A DNA stretch of 64,000 bases from Dipteris shenzhenensis (lineage: Eukaryota), in NCBI GenBank assembly GCA_047967505.1, contig CM106538.1. One strand, written 5' to 3'. The notes beneath the pieces were generated by a model. That model saw only the letters and a list, made by a program, of their open reading frames with translations. It was not told where the DNA came from and searched no databases. A program made the position numbers and the translations under genes. This document shows, piece by piece, positions 1-12,600 of the stretch (position 1 is the first letter of the stretch; each line of letters opens with the position of its first letter).

Positions 1-47
1 GGACAACCCTTTCTTACCAATCTCTACTTCTGTTGTGGAGTTAACCC

Positions 48-535
48 TCAAGGAAATATGCCTTCTTCCACATATTGCTGAACATCTTGCAGTTCTGGCC
101 ATCCAGTGTCTACCAAAGAAACCACCCCCTGGTCTTGGATTACAATGGCTTGAGTAGCTAACTCATGTGCCCTTTGATTTTCTTTTCTATTTATATGAAC
201 AAACTTGCAAAAATCAAGTTGACTACATAGTGCCATAGCCTTTTGATTAAGCTCCTTCAAATGAGGACTTCTGGTCTTGTAATGCCCTTGCATTTACTTT
301 ATAATAAGCTGAGAATCTCCTCTTACTTCCAATTCTTTAACTTGACTTTGAAGACAACCCTCCAGACCAAGAATCAAAGCATTATACTCAGCTGCATTGT
401 TAGTTGTGATACTTGGAAGCTCTTGTCCTCTTGCCCATACTTCTTGACCTTAAGAATTCATCAAGACCATCCCTCCGGCTCCTTGTTGGCGTGAAGGACT
501 AAAAGCCCCATCAAAATACAAAACAAAAGCTGTTG
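48..535 (-). pseudogene. Archaeal-type RNase H (aRH) domain of Gypsy pol, with internal stops
   Basis: Manual translation: FVLYFDGAF...TTNNAAEYNALILGL...LEVRGDSQLII*MQGHY...HINRKENQRAHELA, i.e. RNase HI DG, N.AEY, GDS and N..A..LA motifs. Confidence 0.9.
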
Positions 536-559
536 GTGGTATATCTCTTTGATCTTTAA

Positions 560-2265
560 TGTTTCCTTACATTTCTTTTCTTCTCCTAGATCCTCTCGTC
601 CCGTGAGCAAATCTACCATAGTGGACCTAGTGGTATTTTCAGTGACAAAAGAGAAAGAAGAGAACTCTTGAAGCTTTGACAACCATTTTGCAAATCTCCC
701 CCCAGGATTAGGCTTGCGAACTAGATATGCTAATACAGATTGAGAGGTAAGGAAGAAAAATGGTCGAGGTAATAAATAGGAGCAAAACGTTTTGACTGAA
801 AACACTAAAGAGAGAGATTGCTGCTCCATTTCTTCATACCTTGTTTCCACATCTGTAAGCTATCGGCTGGCATAATACATGGGTTGCATTCTACTTGCCT
901 CTCCTTTTTGTAGCAATACAGCACCAACTGAATGCAAAGATACACTTGGATTTACATATAAGTCTTGAGCCCAATAAGGGGGCTTCAATATTGGGCCCTT
1001 ACTCATGGCCTCCTTAAGTTGCTGGAAAGACTCTTGTTGCCATTGAAAAGAAACTCCTTTTCTTGTCAACAAGTTCATGGGATGCACTATCTCTGTGAAA
1101 TCATCACAAAAGCATTGATAATACTTGCTCTTTCCTAGAATTTTGCGAACACTAGTCTCTCAGGACTTGGCAATGCCATGATTGCTTGAACCTTATCAGG
1201 ATCTATTTTTAGGCCTTCTTCAGACACAATATGCCCCAATAAGACTACTTTTATTTGATCCAAATGACACTTGCTAGGATTTAGACACCCTTTTGCTTCA
1301 TCAATCCTAGCTAAGGCCATCTTTAACTTCTCCATGTGATCTATGCACTGAGAATAAATGCAAAAATCATCCAAAAACACCCTTATGAACTTTCCTAAGT
1401 AAGGCTCCAGGACTTGACTCATGAACCTTTGAAATGTAGGTGGTGCATTGGTCAACCCAAAAGGCATCACTCTGTAAGCCAAAAATCCCCAAGGTGTGAC
1501 AAATGATGTTTTCTTTTGATCTTGCTCTTGAATACGAATTTGAAAGTACCTAGAATACCCATCACATACAGAATACATCTCATGCCCTACTACTTGGTCT
1601 AGTATTTCATCTTGGAATGGCAAAGGAAAATGATCCCTCTTAGTGCATGCATTCAAAGGATGAAAGTCCACAAAAACCCACCACTTATTTCCTTTCTTTG
1701 GTGTGACAACTACAGGAGATATCCATTCTGAATCATCAATAGGAAAGATGAATCCCGCCTCAAGTAGTTGTGTTACCTCTTTCTTTAGTGCCTCAGCTCG
1801 GATCACCCCCAATTGCCTTAAGTGTTGCACAACTCGCTTGCTTTCTGGCTTCAACTCAATCTTGTGCTCCACAAGAGAGACTGGCCGAACCTGTGAATAG
1901 CTTGTTGTAAAGAGACATGGAAAATCATCTAACATATCCAAGTACTGGAGCTTCTCACTACTTGATAGAGAATCACCAAGAAGCTCTTCATTGCATTGGC
2001 ATCGTTTAGTGTGCTCCACATCCTCCACATGAAGTGTCTCTACAGGATGTTCTTGCACCACCACCTTGTTCCTTCCTGACTCATCCTGATCAGCACCAAG
2101 ACAAAGACCAAAGGCCACTCCTTCCACCTCACCCTCTGACTTGGACTCCTCGGAGCTACACCCTGTCTCTTCTTCTTCTTCAGTTAAGTCAGAGCTTGAA
2201 CTCTCTGATGTTGAAGACTCCTCCTTAACAACTTCCTTTTTGCAGCTTCTGATGTTGTAGGACAC
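560..2265 (-). pseudogene. Gypsy reverse transcriptase and native RNase H/tether, frameshifted
   Basis: ORFs 1135-2265 (WISPVVVTPKK, DHFPLP, MPFGLTNAP, FLDDF), 860-1087 (VGAVLLQ...YYASR) and 461-850 (GRFAKWLSKLQEF). Confidence 0.93.
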
Positions 2266-2280
2266 CTTCTTATCATTTCC

Positions 2281-2527
2281 TCACAAAATCAATTCTCCAG
2301 TATCCCACTTTTGAACAGCCTTCACCTTGCGTAGCCAAGGCCTTCCCAAAATCAATGGATAGGCACATGCATCTGGCTTGGTAGGGATCACCTGAAAAGT
2401 AGTTGGCACAGAAATTCCACATACATCCACTTCTAGATTCTTCACAACTCCCAAGGTCTTAACCCTAGTGTTGTCAGCCAATTTGATGTGATAAGGAGAG
2501 GTAGTACTAGAGTATTTTAAATCAGCA
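2281..2527 (-). pseudogene. Gypsy aspartic protease, C-terminal half
   Basis: KLADNTRVKTLGVV...YPLILGRPWL. Continues the N-terminal half that lies beyond the Copia insertion (7947-8230). Confidence 0.85.
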
Positions 2528-2714
2528 TGTTGAGAGTGCTCTCAACGGAAGCAAGAACGGAAGAGGGAGAGAGAGCCAGAGAGAGAGACAGAGAGCCACA
2601 CAAGTTTTGGTGGGTGCAGAACCACCCTAATCTTCTTTTTCATTCATTTATATATGTGTTTGAGTATGGTACATAACCGGGGTTAATAAGGCACAGTGAC
2701 CTTTAACCCCCACA
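2528..2714 (-). repeat. Copia-1 3' LTR (187 bp, TG...CA)
   Basis: Direct repeat of 7833-7946. Preceded on the minus strand by PPT AAGTGGGAGG. Confidence 0.9.
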
Positions 2715-2767
2715 ACCTCCCACTTAAAGGACAATGTGCCTTTAGGGGAGAACAACCAGAGAGCATA

Positions 2768-5700
2768 CTATCCAATGCCCATCAATACATGACAATACTC
2801 AAACCGCTGTTGACTAGGTAGACTCTTCGTCAGCATATCTGCAGGGTTATCATCTGTATGAACCTTGACAAGCTCTATGCGCTTGTCCTCAAGTACCTCC
2901 CTGATGAAATGGTACCAAATGCAATGTCTGGTCTAGTAGCTATCATAGCATACATAAGACTGCCAACTACTGATGCATAAGGAACCTTGGCCATCATGGC
3001 CCTTTCCTCATCTGATTTGGGACTATCTGTATGACTCAGTTTCACATATGGAGGCAATGGAGTACTCACTGCCTTCCCCCCCTCCATATTGAAACGCTGC
3101 AATACTTTTGTAACATACTCTTTTTGTGAAAGCCAAAGGAGTTTCCTACTCCGATCACGCGTGATGCGCATACCAAGAATATGACCTGCAAATCCCAAAT
3201 CCTTCATATCAAAGGCCTCATGCAACTTGGCCTTTAATGCATCTAGCTCATAAGTATTCTTGCTAGCCAATAGCATATCATCCACATATAGTGCCAGGAT
3301 TATCAGGCTACTATCCTTAGCCCTTTTAGTGTAGAGGCAGTGATCAATTTCACTCCTTCTAAAACCCTGGGACCGAATGAAAGCATCAAACTTTTGATAC
3401 CATTCTCTAGGTGCTTGCTTAAGACCATAGAGACTCTTTTTCAGCTTGCAAACTAAATGCTCTTTGCCCTTTTCTTCAAAGCCTTCCGGCTGCACCATGT
3501 AGATGTCCTCATGCAAATCCCCATGCAAGAAAGCTGTCTTGACATCCATTTGCATAAGCTCCATATCCTCTACTGCCACTAGTCCAAGCATGCATCTAAG
3601 TGTGGCAATCTTCACAACCGGAGAGAATATCTCATCAAAGTCCACACCCTTCTCTTGCTTGAACCCTTTAGCAACCAATCGGGCCTTGTACCTAGGCACA
3701 TCATCACCTGTGACCTTCATTTTGTAGACCCATTTACATGGCAATGCTTTCTTTCCATGTGGCAAAGAAACCAAGTCCCAAGTCTTATTCTTCATAAGTG
3801 AACTCATCTCTGATTGCATAGCATACTCCCACTTGCGTTGATCCTCACGCATCATAGCCTCTTTGTAGCAAGAAGGCTCCCTGCAATCAGTAAGCATTAC
3901 ATAGTCTACCCCTGGAACAAACCTATCAGGCAATCTAGACACTCTAGATGATCTTCTCAAGGGCATTTCAGCTTGCTATCCCACTTGCATATCAGCCACA
4001 TTTGGCTCATCATTTCCACCAATAGATGATCCATCATCTACCCTTGATTGTATACCTGTGGGAGTACTTGGTTGTACCATTTCTTGCACATTTGGTGCAT
4101 GGACAGCTTGCTGTCTATCAACATATGTAGGTGGATTCACATCCTGAAAAGTGATTCTTCTCATTTCCACATCCCTCATGGGTGCCTTATGCATCTTCTT
4201 CTCATTGAAGACCACATCATGGCTGCGTATGATCTTCTTTGCTTCTGGATCCCAGAGACGATAGCCCATCTCTCCACTTTCACCATAACCCAGAATGATG
4301 CATTTCCTAGACTTAGGATCTAGCTTCTTTCGAAGCTCTTTTGGCACATGTGCATATGCCTCACACCCAAATATACGCAAATGAGAGTAAGAGGGCTTCT
4401 TGCCACTCCACGCCTCTTCAGGAATACCACCATCCAAACTCTTACTAGGTGATCTATTGATCACATGCACTGCAGTCTTCATTGCCTCAGCCCAAAAACC
4501 ACAAGAAAGACTTGCATTGGAAAGCATGCATTGCAACCTTTCTTGAATGGTACGGTTCATCTTTTCTGCAACTGGATTTTGCTCTGGAGTACGAGGGGAT
4601 GTAAGCTCCCTCTTAATCCCACGAGTATCACAGAAATGCTGAAAGTCATGAGAGAGATACTCTCCACCATTGTCAGTCCGTAGGCATTTAAGCATTCTAC
4701 CTGACTGATTCTCAACCAAGGCCAGCCATTTCTGAAATACCTGGAACACATCACTCTTCCGAGCTATAGCATAAGCCCACACTTTCCTAGTTGTATCATC
4801 AATGAATGTCACATAGTATTCAGCCCCGCCTAATGACCGTGTAGGCATGGGACCACATACGTCTGAATGCACCAAATCAAGCTTTTCAAACTCTTTCTTT
4901 CCCCTTCTTTTATGGGCTGATTGAGTCTGCTTCCCATAGAGACAATGCTCACAAAATTCAAAATCAGAGAAACTCAAATGCGGTACATAACCCAAACGGC
5001 ATAAGAGTTTCATTCCATTCTGGCTCATGTGCCCCAACCTGCAATGCCACAAAGAAGTGCTTGGCTGCTCAGTTATTGCAACAACATGATCAAATACCCC
5101 TGATACATGTAAGGGATACAAAGTCCCACACTTGGCACCCCTGGCCAAAAGCATAGAGCCCTTCTGAATTTTCCAACTCTGAAAGCCAAAAGTGGTGTGA
5201 AAACCAGCATCATCTAGCTGACCCACTGAAAGAAGACTCTTGGTCAGCTTAGGCACATGTCTCACATGTTTCAAAACAAATGCAGACCCATTTGCAAAAG
5301 AAAACTTTATGTCACCTGCTCCCACTATGTCACATGCATAGTCATTTCCAAGATGCACACAACCTGTCTTTCCACTGTCATAAGTGGAGAACCATTCCCT
5401 ATGGGGAGTAACATGGAATGAAGCACCAGAATCCAAAATCCAATCCTGGGAATATGCATCATCTGAAGTGGCAAGCAACTCTGCAGATAAAGTAGACATG
5501 AAGAGAACATCATTGTCACTATCATGTGTGACTGCATTGATCTCCTCGATCTTCACTTTTCCTTTGTCCTCCCTTGGACTCTCTTCCTTTTGATTTGCAC
5601 CCCAATTTGCATTCTTTTTCTTATCCTTTTGCTCTCTTTTCAGCTTGTAGCAATCCTTTTTCATATGGCCCTTCTTGCCACAGTGGTAACACTCAATGTT

Positions 5701-6393
5701 TCGTGCCCTGGATTTGCTACGAGACTTCCCTCTTTCTTGGGACTTCCCCCTGAACTGTGATCTGCCCCTTTGCACATTTAAGGCTGCATCCTGCTTGTTG
5801 CCATCCATAGACTTCCGTCTAATCTCCTCGGCCAACAAGCTACCCACAACATCATCAAATTTCAGTACTCCACCAGGTGCAGAGTTACTGACAGCTGTAC
5901 GGAAGGTATCCCATGAGGATGGCAATGAACATAAGAGAAATATTGCCTTAGTCTCCGCATCAAAATTCATTTTCTGAGCCTGAAGCTAGCTGAAAATAAT
6001 ATTGAATTCATTCAAGTGAGAAGCAATGGAGACCCCTTCCTTCATCTGTAGCTCAAACAACCTCTTCATGAGGTAAACTTTATTAGAGGCAGTTTCCTTC
6101 TCATAAGTGGCACACAGTTTCTTCCACAAATCTTCCGTAGTCTGCTCATTTACTACTGTGAAATAAACTGACTCTGCAAGATGAAGTCTAATAGTAGACT
6201 TTGCTAATGCATCCAACTCATTCCAATCATCCTCAGACATATTTGCAGGCTTAGCTTCAATCCCTGCCAAGGGTTTAATCTGCTTCTTTTGAATAAGCAC
6301 ATCCCTTATCTGTTCTTTCCACAAAGAAAAGTTTGTCCCATCAAACTTTTTAATGCTGAAAAACTCCTTTTCAGACGTGGAAGAGGATGCCAT
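2768..6393 (-). pseudogene. Copia-1 gag-pol (gag, zinc knuckle, protease, GAG-pre-integrase, integrase, RT, RNase H remnant)
   Basis: Motifs CYHCGKKGHMKKDC, WILDSGAS, LRTDNGGEY, YKARLVAKG, MDVKTAFLHG, LYVDDML. In-frame TAG stops at 5986 and 3976; deletion near 2918. Confidence 0.95.
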
Positions 6394-7820
6394 GATGCAA
6401 ATAAAGCAAAATCCCAAATGCTAGTACCTGCAAGAGAGAATCACACCAAATACTAGGTGCACCAAATGTGTATGCCACAATAGACTGAAATATCACCAAA
6501 GCTCAAAGCTCAAAGCATCAAAAGATGCATCTGACTCATGTGCATATACTATGCATCCATATGAGCAAATCTGGCCCAAAAGAAAATGCCAATAAGTGCC
6601 AAATGACTCAAGCATAAACACTGTCCACTGGCATATGCATCAATAATGTCTCATCCAAGAGAGCATAGCACTATCAGTGCATCACCTGCAATGTGTCAAA
6701 GCTGTCCCTCAGCATAAAATAGCATCCATGTGCAAGGCGTCCATAAAAAATAGCATCCCACAAGGCAATTTGGGCCTATCAGCGCATCCAACAAGGACCG
6801 CAATGCATCCAAATGGCCTATAAATCATCCACTGCAACCCAATGCACACCACGAATGAGCGCACAACACTGCTCAAACTGCAACCAGAGTGATCTGCATA
6901 AGGTATGCTCAAGAAATCATAGTCCCACGGTAATGAGCGCTACTGAAAATAGGACCTGAGATGCTTCAAAACATGGGCGCCATCACATAATTGGACTCAG
7001 CAAGAAAATCTGCAAATATCTCTCTTCTACCAGAACTCCAAAATCCCAACCGATGAGTGAGAAATGGGAGTCAATACTTATCCACTGCCATGTGGCATAA
7101 ATCTAAGGTTTCAAAACCTTAGTATGAAAAATGCATAACAGAGAGACGAAATCGAATACACAGAGATTTATAACTCTGAAAATCCTCCACCGAATCACGC
7201 AAGAACTGATAGGTAGGGGTTTTTGGGCGTCCGGAACGCAATGGGACAGACGGTTTTGGAAACCGTGGCCTCAATCACTGGGTCCAACACACGGACTAAA
7301 AAAGGTTTTTGGAAACAGAGCTATCTGTAAACTCCACCGGAGTGCGAATGATGAGCAACATAGAAGTTTTAGGACCTCCTGAGTCCACCGGAACTGACAG
7401 ATCTGCAAATGGTTGCTCCAAACTTGAGTTCCAACACCCGGGCAAAAAACGCAGGAACTGACACAGTGAGTCAGAAATCCAATGAAATGATCCCAGATTC
7501 AAGAATGAAGGTGTTTCCAAGCTCCTGAAGTAATGTGGACACCAAAAGCAAGCAATAGTTGCCTCTACAAGTCAATATGGAGTCTCTGTCATCGAACGGA
7601 ACAGGGAAAAGCTCAAAAAACGACTTTTTCTTTGAAAGCTCTTAACAGGCTCTCAAAACCACTTCGTAAAGCCAAAGTGACTTTTCCAAAGGTTCCTCCA
7701 AGGTCTCTGCACACTTGGATGCAAGTAAAGTCACCCACAAAGCTTCCCACAGAGCTTCTCCTTCCTCCCACAGAGCTGCTGAGCTTCAAGCATTCACGCA
7801 CGCTCAGCTAGATCACCCGG

Positions 7821-7832
7821 GCTCTGATACCA
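7821..7832 (-). promoter_or_regulatory. Primer-binding site (tRNA-iMet type)
   Basis: rc = TGGTATCAGAGC, directly abutting the 5' LTR. Confidence 0.9.
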
Positions 7833-7946
7833 GTTGAGAGTGCTCTCAACGGAAGCAAGAACGGAAGAGGGAGAGAGAGCGAGAGAGAGAGACAGAGAGC
7901 CACACAAGTTTTGGTGGGTGCAGAACCACCTCCTTTAACCCCCACA
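7833..7946 (-). repeat. Copia-1 5' LTR (114 bp, internally deleted)
   Basis: Matches 2529-2627 and 2700-2714 but lacks the ~72 bp between them. Confidence 0.9.
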
Positions 7947-8788
7947 CATCTATCATGGTCTTCTCACTCATGACATTAATCGATGCACCTCCATCAATGT
8001 ACACATTAGAAATCACTTGACCATCAATGATCACATCAACCACAAGTACATCATCACCAACATCTATATCTACCTTTTGAACAGCAGGGATGGAACTTTT
8101 TTTCTTTTTCTTCTTTGACACTCTTGTGCTTGCTAGCTTTCCCCATTCCTTCCATAGTTTTGGAGACAAAGCAAGTAATTGACCAAAGGTGATATGAGCT
8201 TCCTTTTGTTTAAGGTCGGACAACAAGTCATAGCTTCCAATTCCTTGTCCTAAGGGAAAGTCTGACTGGCTAATTCTCCTTCTAGATGCCTTCTTTTTCT
8301 TACTATGGTGTTCCTCTTCCTAATGTTCCTCATCTACTTCTTCCTTGCTTTTTTCTTCTTCTTTTGCTTTACGATGCCCCTGTTTAGCCATCATTACCTC
8401 TCTTTTCTCATCCCTTGAAGAAGCTTCTAACAAGGATACTTGTTTTTCTTCTTTCTTTCTCAGTATAGGACACTCGGTGCGATAGTGACCTTTTTCATTA
8501 CATTCATAGCAAGTGACCCCACTCTTATCTCGAGGCCTATCTTCACTCTTTGGTGGTTGTCGTGCATTAACCAAATGCAATTTCAAATCAGCAAACTTTG
8601 CCATCAATTGGGAGATATTATGATCTAACTCAGAGGACTTTGGTACCTGAGGAGTGCCCATTACCTCCACCTTAGAAGTTGAAGCTGTTGAAGACACAAA
8701 AGAGGAATCGATCTTTAGAGAAGCTTCTTTCTTGGTCGCAATGCGAAGTGCCTCCATGTATGTTATTGGATCTTTACTCATTACTTTT
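7947..8788 (-). pseudogene. Gypsy gag C-terminus (zinc knuckle) and protease N-terminus
   Basis: CYECNEKGHYRTEC; ITFGQLLALSP; VYIDGGASINVM (catalytic DGG). Confidence 0.9.
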
Positions 8789-9130
8789 TTCTGAGATATC
8801 GAGCTCCACTCGTGATATGCCAGGGTGACCATTGTGCATTTATGTCACTGACTTGTTAGCTACATATGCGGTTGGTACACCGCCCATGAATAATAGCTGG
8901 ATGACAGCTATCCTTATGTACTCTAGTTCGTGTATGCCGCCTTAGTTAGATGAGTTTGGTTTGAGACCCACATATAGGGTTCTCCTATTTCTTTGTACTA
9001 GAGTTCTTTTGGCTTTCACAACTAAGAGAAGGAAAACTGTTTTCAGCCTCCACCTTTGTGTGTATTCCCCCATTGTGTATGTGAGAAAGCCGCAAGTGAG
9101 ACTCCTTCCTTCTCTCCCACTATCTTCACA
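8789..9130 (+). repeat. Copia-2 5' LTR
   Basis: Homologous to 13921-14273, 18848-19218, 57487-57842 and 62966-63318. The 5' TG has decayed to TT. Confidence 0.93.
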
Positions 9131-9648
9131 TGGTATCAAAGCCTCATTCATGGTAAGGAGCCCAAGAAAGCAAACCAAGTTTGCGGTGTCCTAGTAAGAG
9201 GACTAGTGTTGCTTTCCTTTTTTGAGTTTGGGAGCAAATCTCTACAGGTAGCACAGCCGGAAAGTGCAATGAGTGTACTGTCTCAGATTGAGATACCCTT
9301 CGTGGTGTGGTGAGAGGGCAATATATGCTGCGGGTGTAGGTGAAGCCCTCGGTGACTTTATTTTTTTGATTCGAGGCCATTTTGGAGGCAGAAGTTCTCC
9401 GCATGCACTGAGAAAAAGGCCATGTTTTCGCTATGTGACCACTGCTCTATAGGTTGGTGAAAAGTTCCCACAGAAATTGCATCGTATGCTTGTGCACAGA
9501 GATACTGGGAGTTATAGAAGTTGAGGCAAAATCGTCACTAGGAAGTGACTGTGTGGTCAAATACCACTTTCGTCAGTTTTGTAGATTTGCCTGCGTGAGG
9601 TAGAAGCTCTGTTTTTTGCAGTGATAGAATATTTTGCAGTGTTTTGTA

Positions 9649-12600
9649 ATGGCGTCTGATTCTCTTTCACAGATTGTCACTGAAAAGCTTGACAAGAACA
9701 ACTTCCAAGCATGGAAGTTTAGAATGACGAATTTTCTTATGGGAAAAGGCTATTGGGAGTTCATTACAGGAAATGAAGAAGAACCAATTCTTCCTAATGT
9801 TCCCAATCAACAAGAAATGTAGGCATTTAAAGAATGGCATGAGAGAGCTAGAAAAGTTATGTACTGGCTGTCTATCAGTATTTCGGATTCTATGATTGTG
9901 CATATTTAGGATGCAAGTACGCCAAAGGAGGCATGGGATACTTTGGCAAAAATGTACCAGCACAAATACATAAGCCAAGAAAATGCAGCTCAAGCAGGAG
10001 TTGCACAATGTGCAGAGAGAAAATATGAGCATCAATGACTACCACATGAAGGTGAAGAAAATTGCAAATGCACTTTCTTCCATTGGGTCGCCAGTGAAAG
10101 ATGATGATCTAGTTTCTGTGACCTTGAATGGTCTAGGAAAGGATTATGCACAATTCTGGACATCCATTGCCATCCGTGAAAAATTTCCTGATTTTGAGGA
10201 GTTCTTTGCTCTTCTAATTTCTAAAGAGCAGAGAAATGGTGGTGCATCTTCATCAGGAGGAACTTCAAAAGAAACTATCTTCTACTCAAATGCTGGAAGA
10301 GGTAGAGGCAGAGGTAGAGGAGGCCGATCTGGAGGCCATGGTAGAAATCAAAATATGCAGCAAACTCAAGAAAACCAGTCCTTTGGAGGAGGATGTGGTA
10401 ACTCTAGAGGCAAGGGGAGCCAAAGAGGTCATGGTGGATGGCAGAGAGGCCAAAATGCAAACAATAATGTTGAATGCTACGACTATGGTAAAATGGGTCA
10501 TATGGCTAAAGATTGCTACAAAAAGTAGGATGACATTATGAATGGAAAATTGCAGCAAGGCAATTATGCATTCTATAGTAAACAGGGTGATGACAAAAAT
10601 GAGCATTTGTTTATGGTGCAGCACATGACCAATTCTATGACAAGTGCAGAAGAAAGCAATGATGTGTGGTATGTTGACTCAGGTGTGTCAAACCACATGA
10701 CAGGTCATGCAGAATGGATGCAGGATGCAAGGAAAATGGAAAGACCTCGATTTGTGGAGACTGGTGATGATACTGCACATCCTATTGTGCAGATTGGTAA
10801 AATTCCTTTGTCTATGCAGGATGGGAAAAAGAAATACTAGTCTGATGTATCTCATGTCCCAAATATCACTAAGAACCTGGTTTCTGTTGCTCAAATGGTT
10901 GAGCAGGGCTTGCAAGTATGCTTTGTTGAGGATATGAAAAATAACAGTCATTTGACAGCAAAAGGAAAGAAGAAGGGCAGGATGTTTACGTTGGATGTGG
11001 ACATGCTTGAATTGAGTGTAGCAATGTTTGCACATGGGACTGGTGTAGTTGCAGATATTGATATCTGGCATAAACGCATTGGTCATGTTAATGTACAACG
11101 ACTTAAATCAATGCAGGCCAAAAATATTGTTGCAGGATTGCCTAGATTCAAGGTTGCAGAAATGCATAAGGTATGTGAAGCCTGTCAATTTGGAAAAAAG
11201 AAAAGGAAACCATTTCCTAGACATGTTCAAGAGAGTAAGAAGCCACTGGAGTTAATACACTCTGATGTGTCGACTACTAAAGCTGCATCTATTGGAGGCT
11301 GTCATTATTTTGTCACTTTTATTGATGACTACAGCAAAAAAGTTCGGGTGTATTTTATGAAAAAGAAAAGTGAAGTGTTTGGGAATTTCAAAGCTTTTAA
11401 AGCTATGCTTGAAAAAGAAACAGGCCTGCAAATAAAATGCCTAAGGTCAGATGGAGGGGGAGAGTACCTCTCAAATGAGTTTGCAAGGTTCCTACAAGAG
11501 CATGGCATAAAGCAGCAATATTCATGCAGTCATACCCCACAGCAAAATGGACTTGTAGAAAGGAAAAACAGGCATATTGGAGAGGTATCTCGGGCCATGC
11601 TAAATGAAAAAGACCTACCAGATTCTTATTGGGCTGAAGCAGTTGCTACAGCAGTTTACATAATGAACAGGACTGCCACTGCAGCAATACATGGCACGAT
11701 GCAAGAGGAGATGTATACTAGTAGGAAACCAGATATTTCTCATTTGAAAATTTTTGGTTGCATTGCCTATGTTCATGTGCCAGATGAGTTGAGGTCCAAG
11801 TTTGATCCAAAAGCTGAGAAGTGCATCTTTATTGGTTATTCTTTGAAGCAGAAAGGGTATAGATGCTATAACCCTTCTACTCATAAGTTTACAGTGAGTA
11901 GAGATGTTGTTTTTGATGAGATGAGCAGCTGGTATAAACCAATAAATGTGATTGATGATATAGATGCACAAAATGGTAATGCTGCACATAATTCACAGCA
12001 GCAATCACAAAATATTAGTGGACCTACAGTGTCCTCTAGCAGTGGTTCACATACTTCGCCATGGACAGGTAGATTGAGATCAGGAGAATCTTCTCAAAGC
12101 AATGTAGATAGTGGTATGCAGGTATCACGAAAAGGAAAAGAGAAGGTAGATCAGCCCATGTTTGATGTGAATGCAGGTCACTCTTATGTGGATGGTGAAT
12201 CCAGTGGCTCTGAACAGAGCATTGATGATGAGTTGGGTATTCCTTCTGTTGTTACACCTGGAGTAAGGAAGACTAGGGATGTTTTGAGAGCAACTAGAAG
12301 TGAGCCTATTTTGTGTAGGTCTACCAGAGCTAGGTATCCTGTGGATAGGCTGAAATATGATGGATTTACAGCCATCCACTATGCCTATATGGTCAAAGTG
12401 ATACAGGAACTGGAACCCACTTCTTTTGAGCAAGCCATGGGAAAAGAAAAATGGGAGAAAGCCATGGATGAAGAAATGGACGCCTTGGAAGAAAATGCTA
12501 CATGGGAATTGGTGCCTTTGCCTAAATACAAGAATGCAATTGGCTGTAAGTGGGTCTATAAGGTAAAGCACAATGTAGATGGTTCTATGGGGGTATGCAC

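Larger units (their letters stand above)
2528..7946 (-). mobile_element. Ty1/Copia LTR retrotransposon (Copia-1), nested in the Gypsy protease
   Basis: Two LTR copies; PBS TGGTATCAGAGC (rc of 7821-7832); polypurine tract next to the left LTR; gag-PR-IN-RT-RH order. Flanks CAGCA/CATCT form an imperfect (3/5) TSD. Confidence 0.95.

Noticed and set aside
8320-8832. ORF apparently starting inside the Copia LTR (similarly 7846-8226, 61251-62162 and 63129-63554 crossing junctions)
   Set aside because: Chimeric read-through across insertion junctions, not genuine genes.
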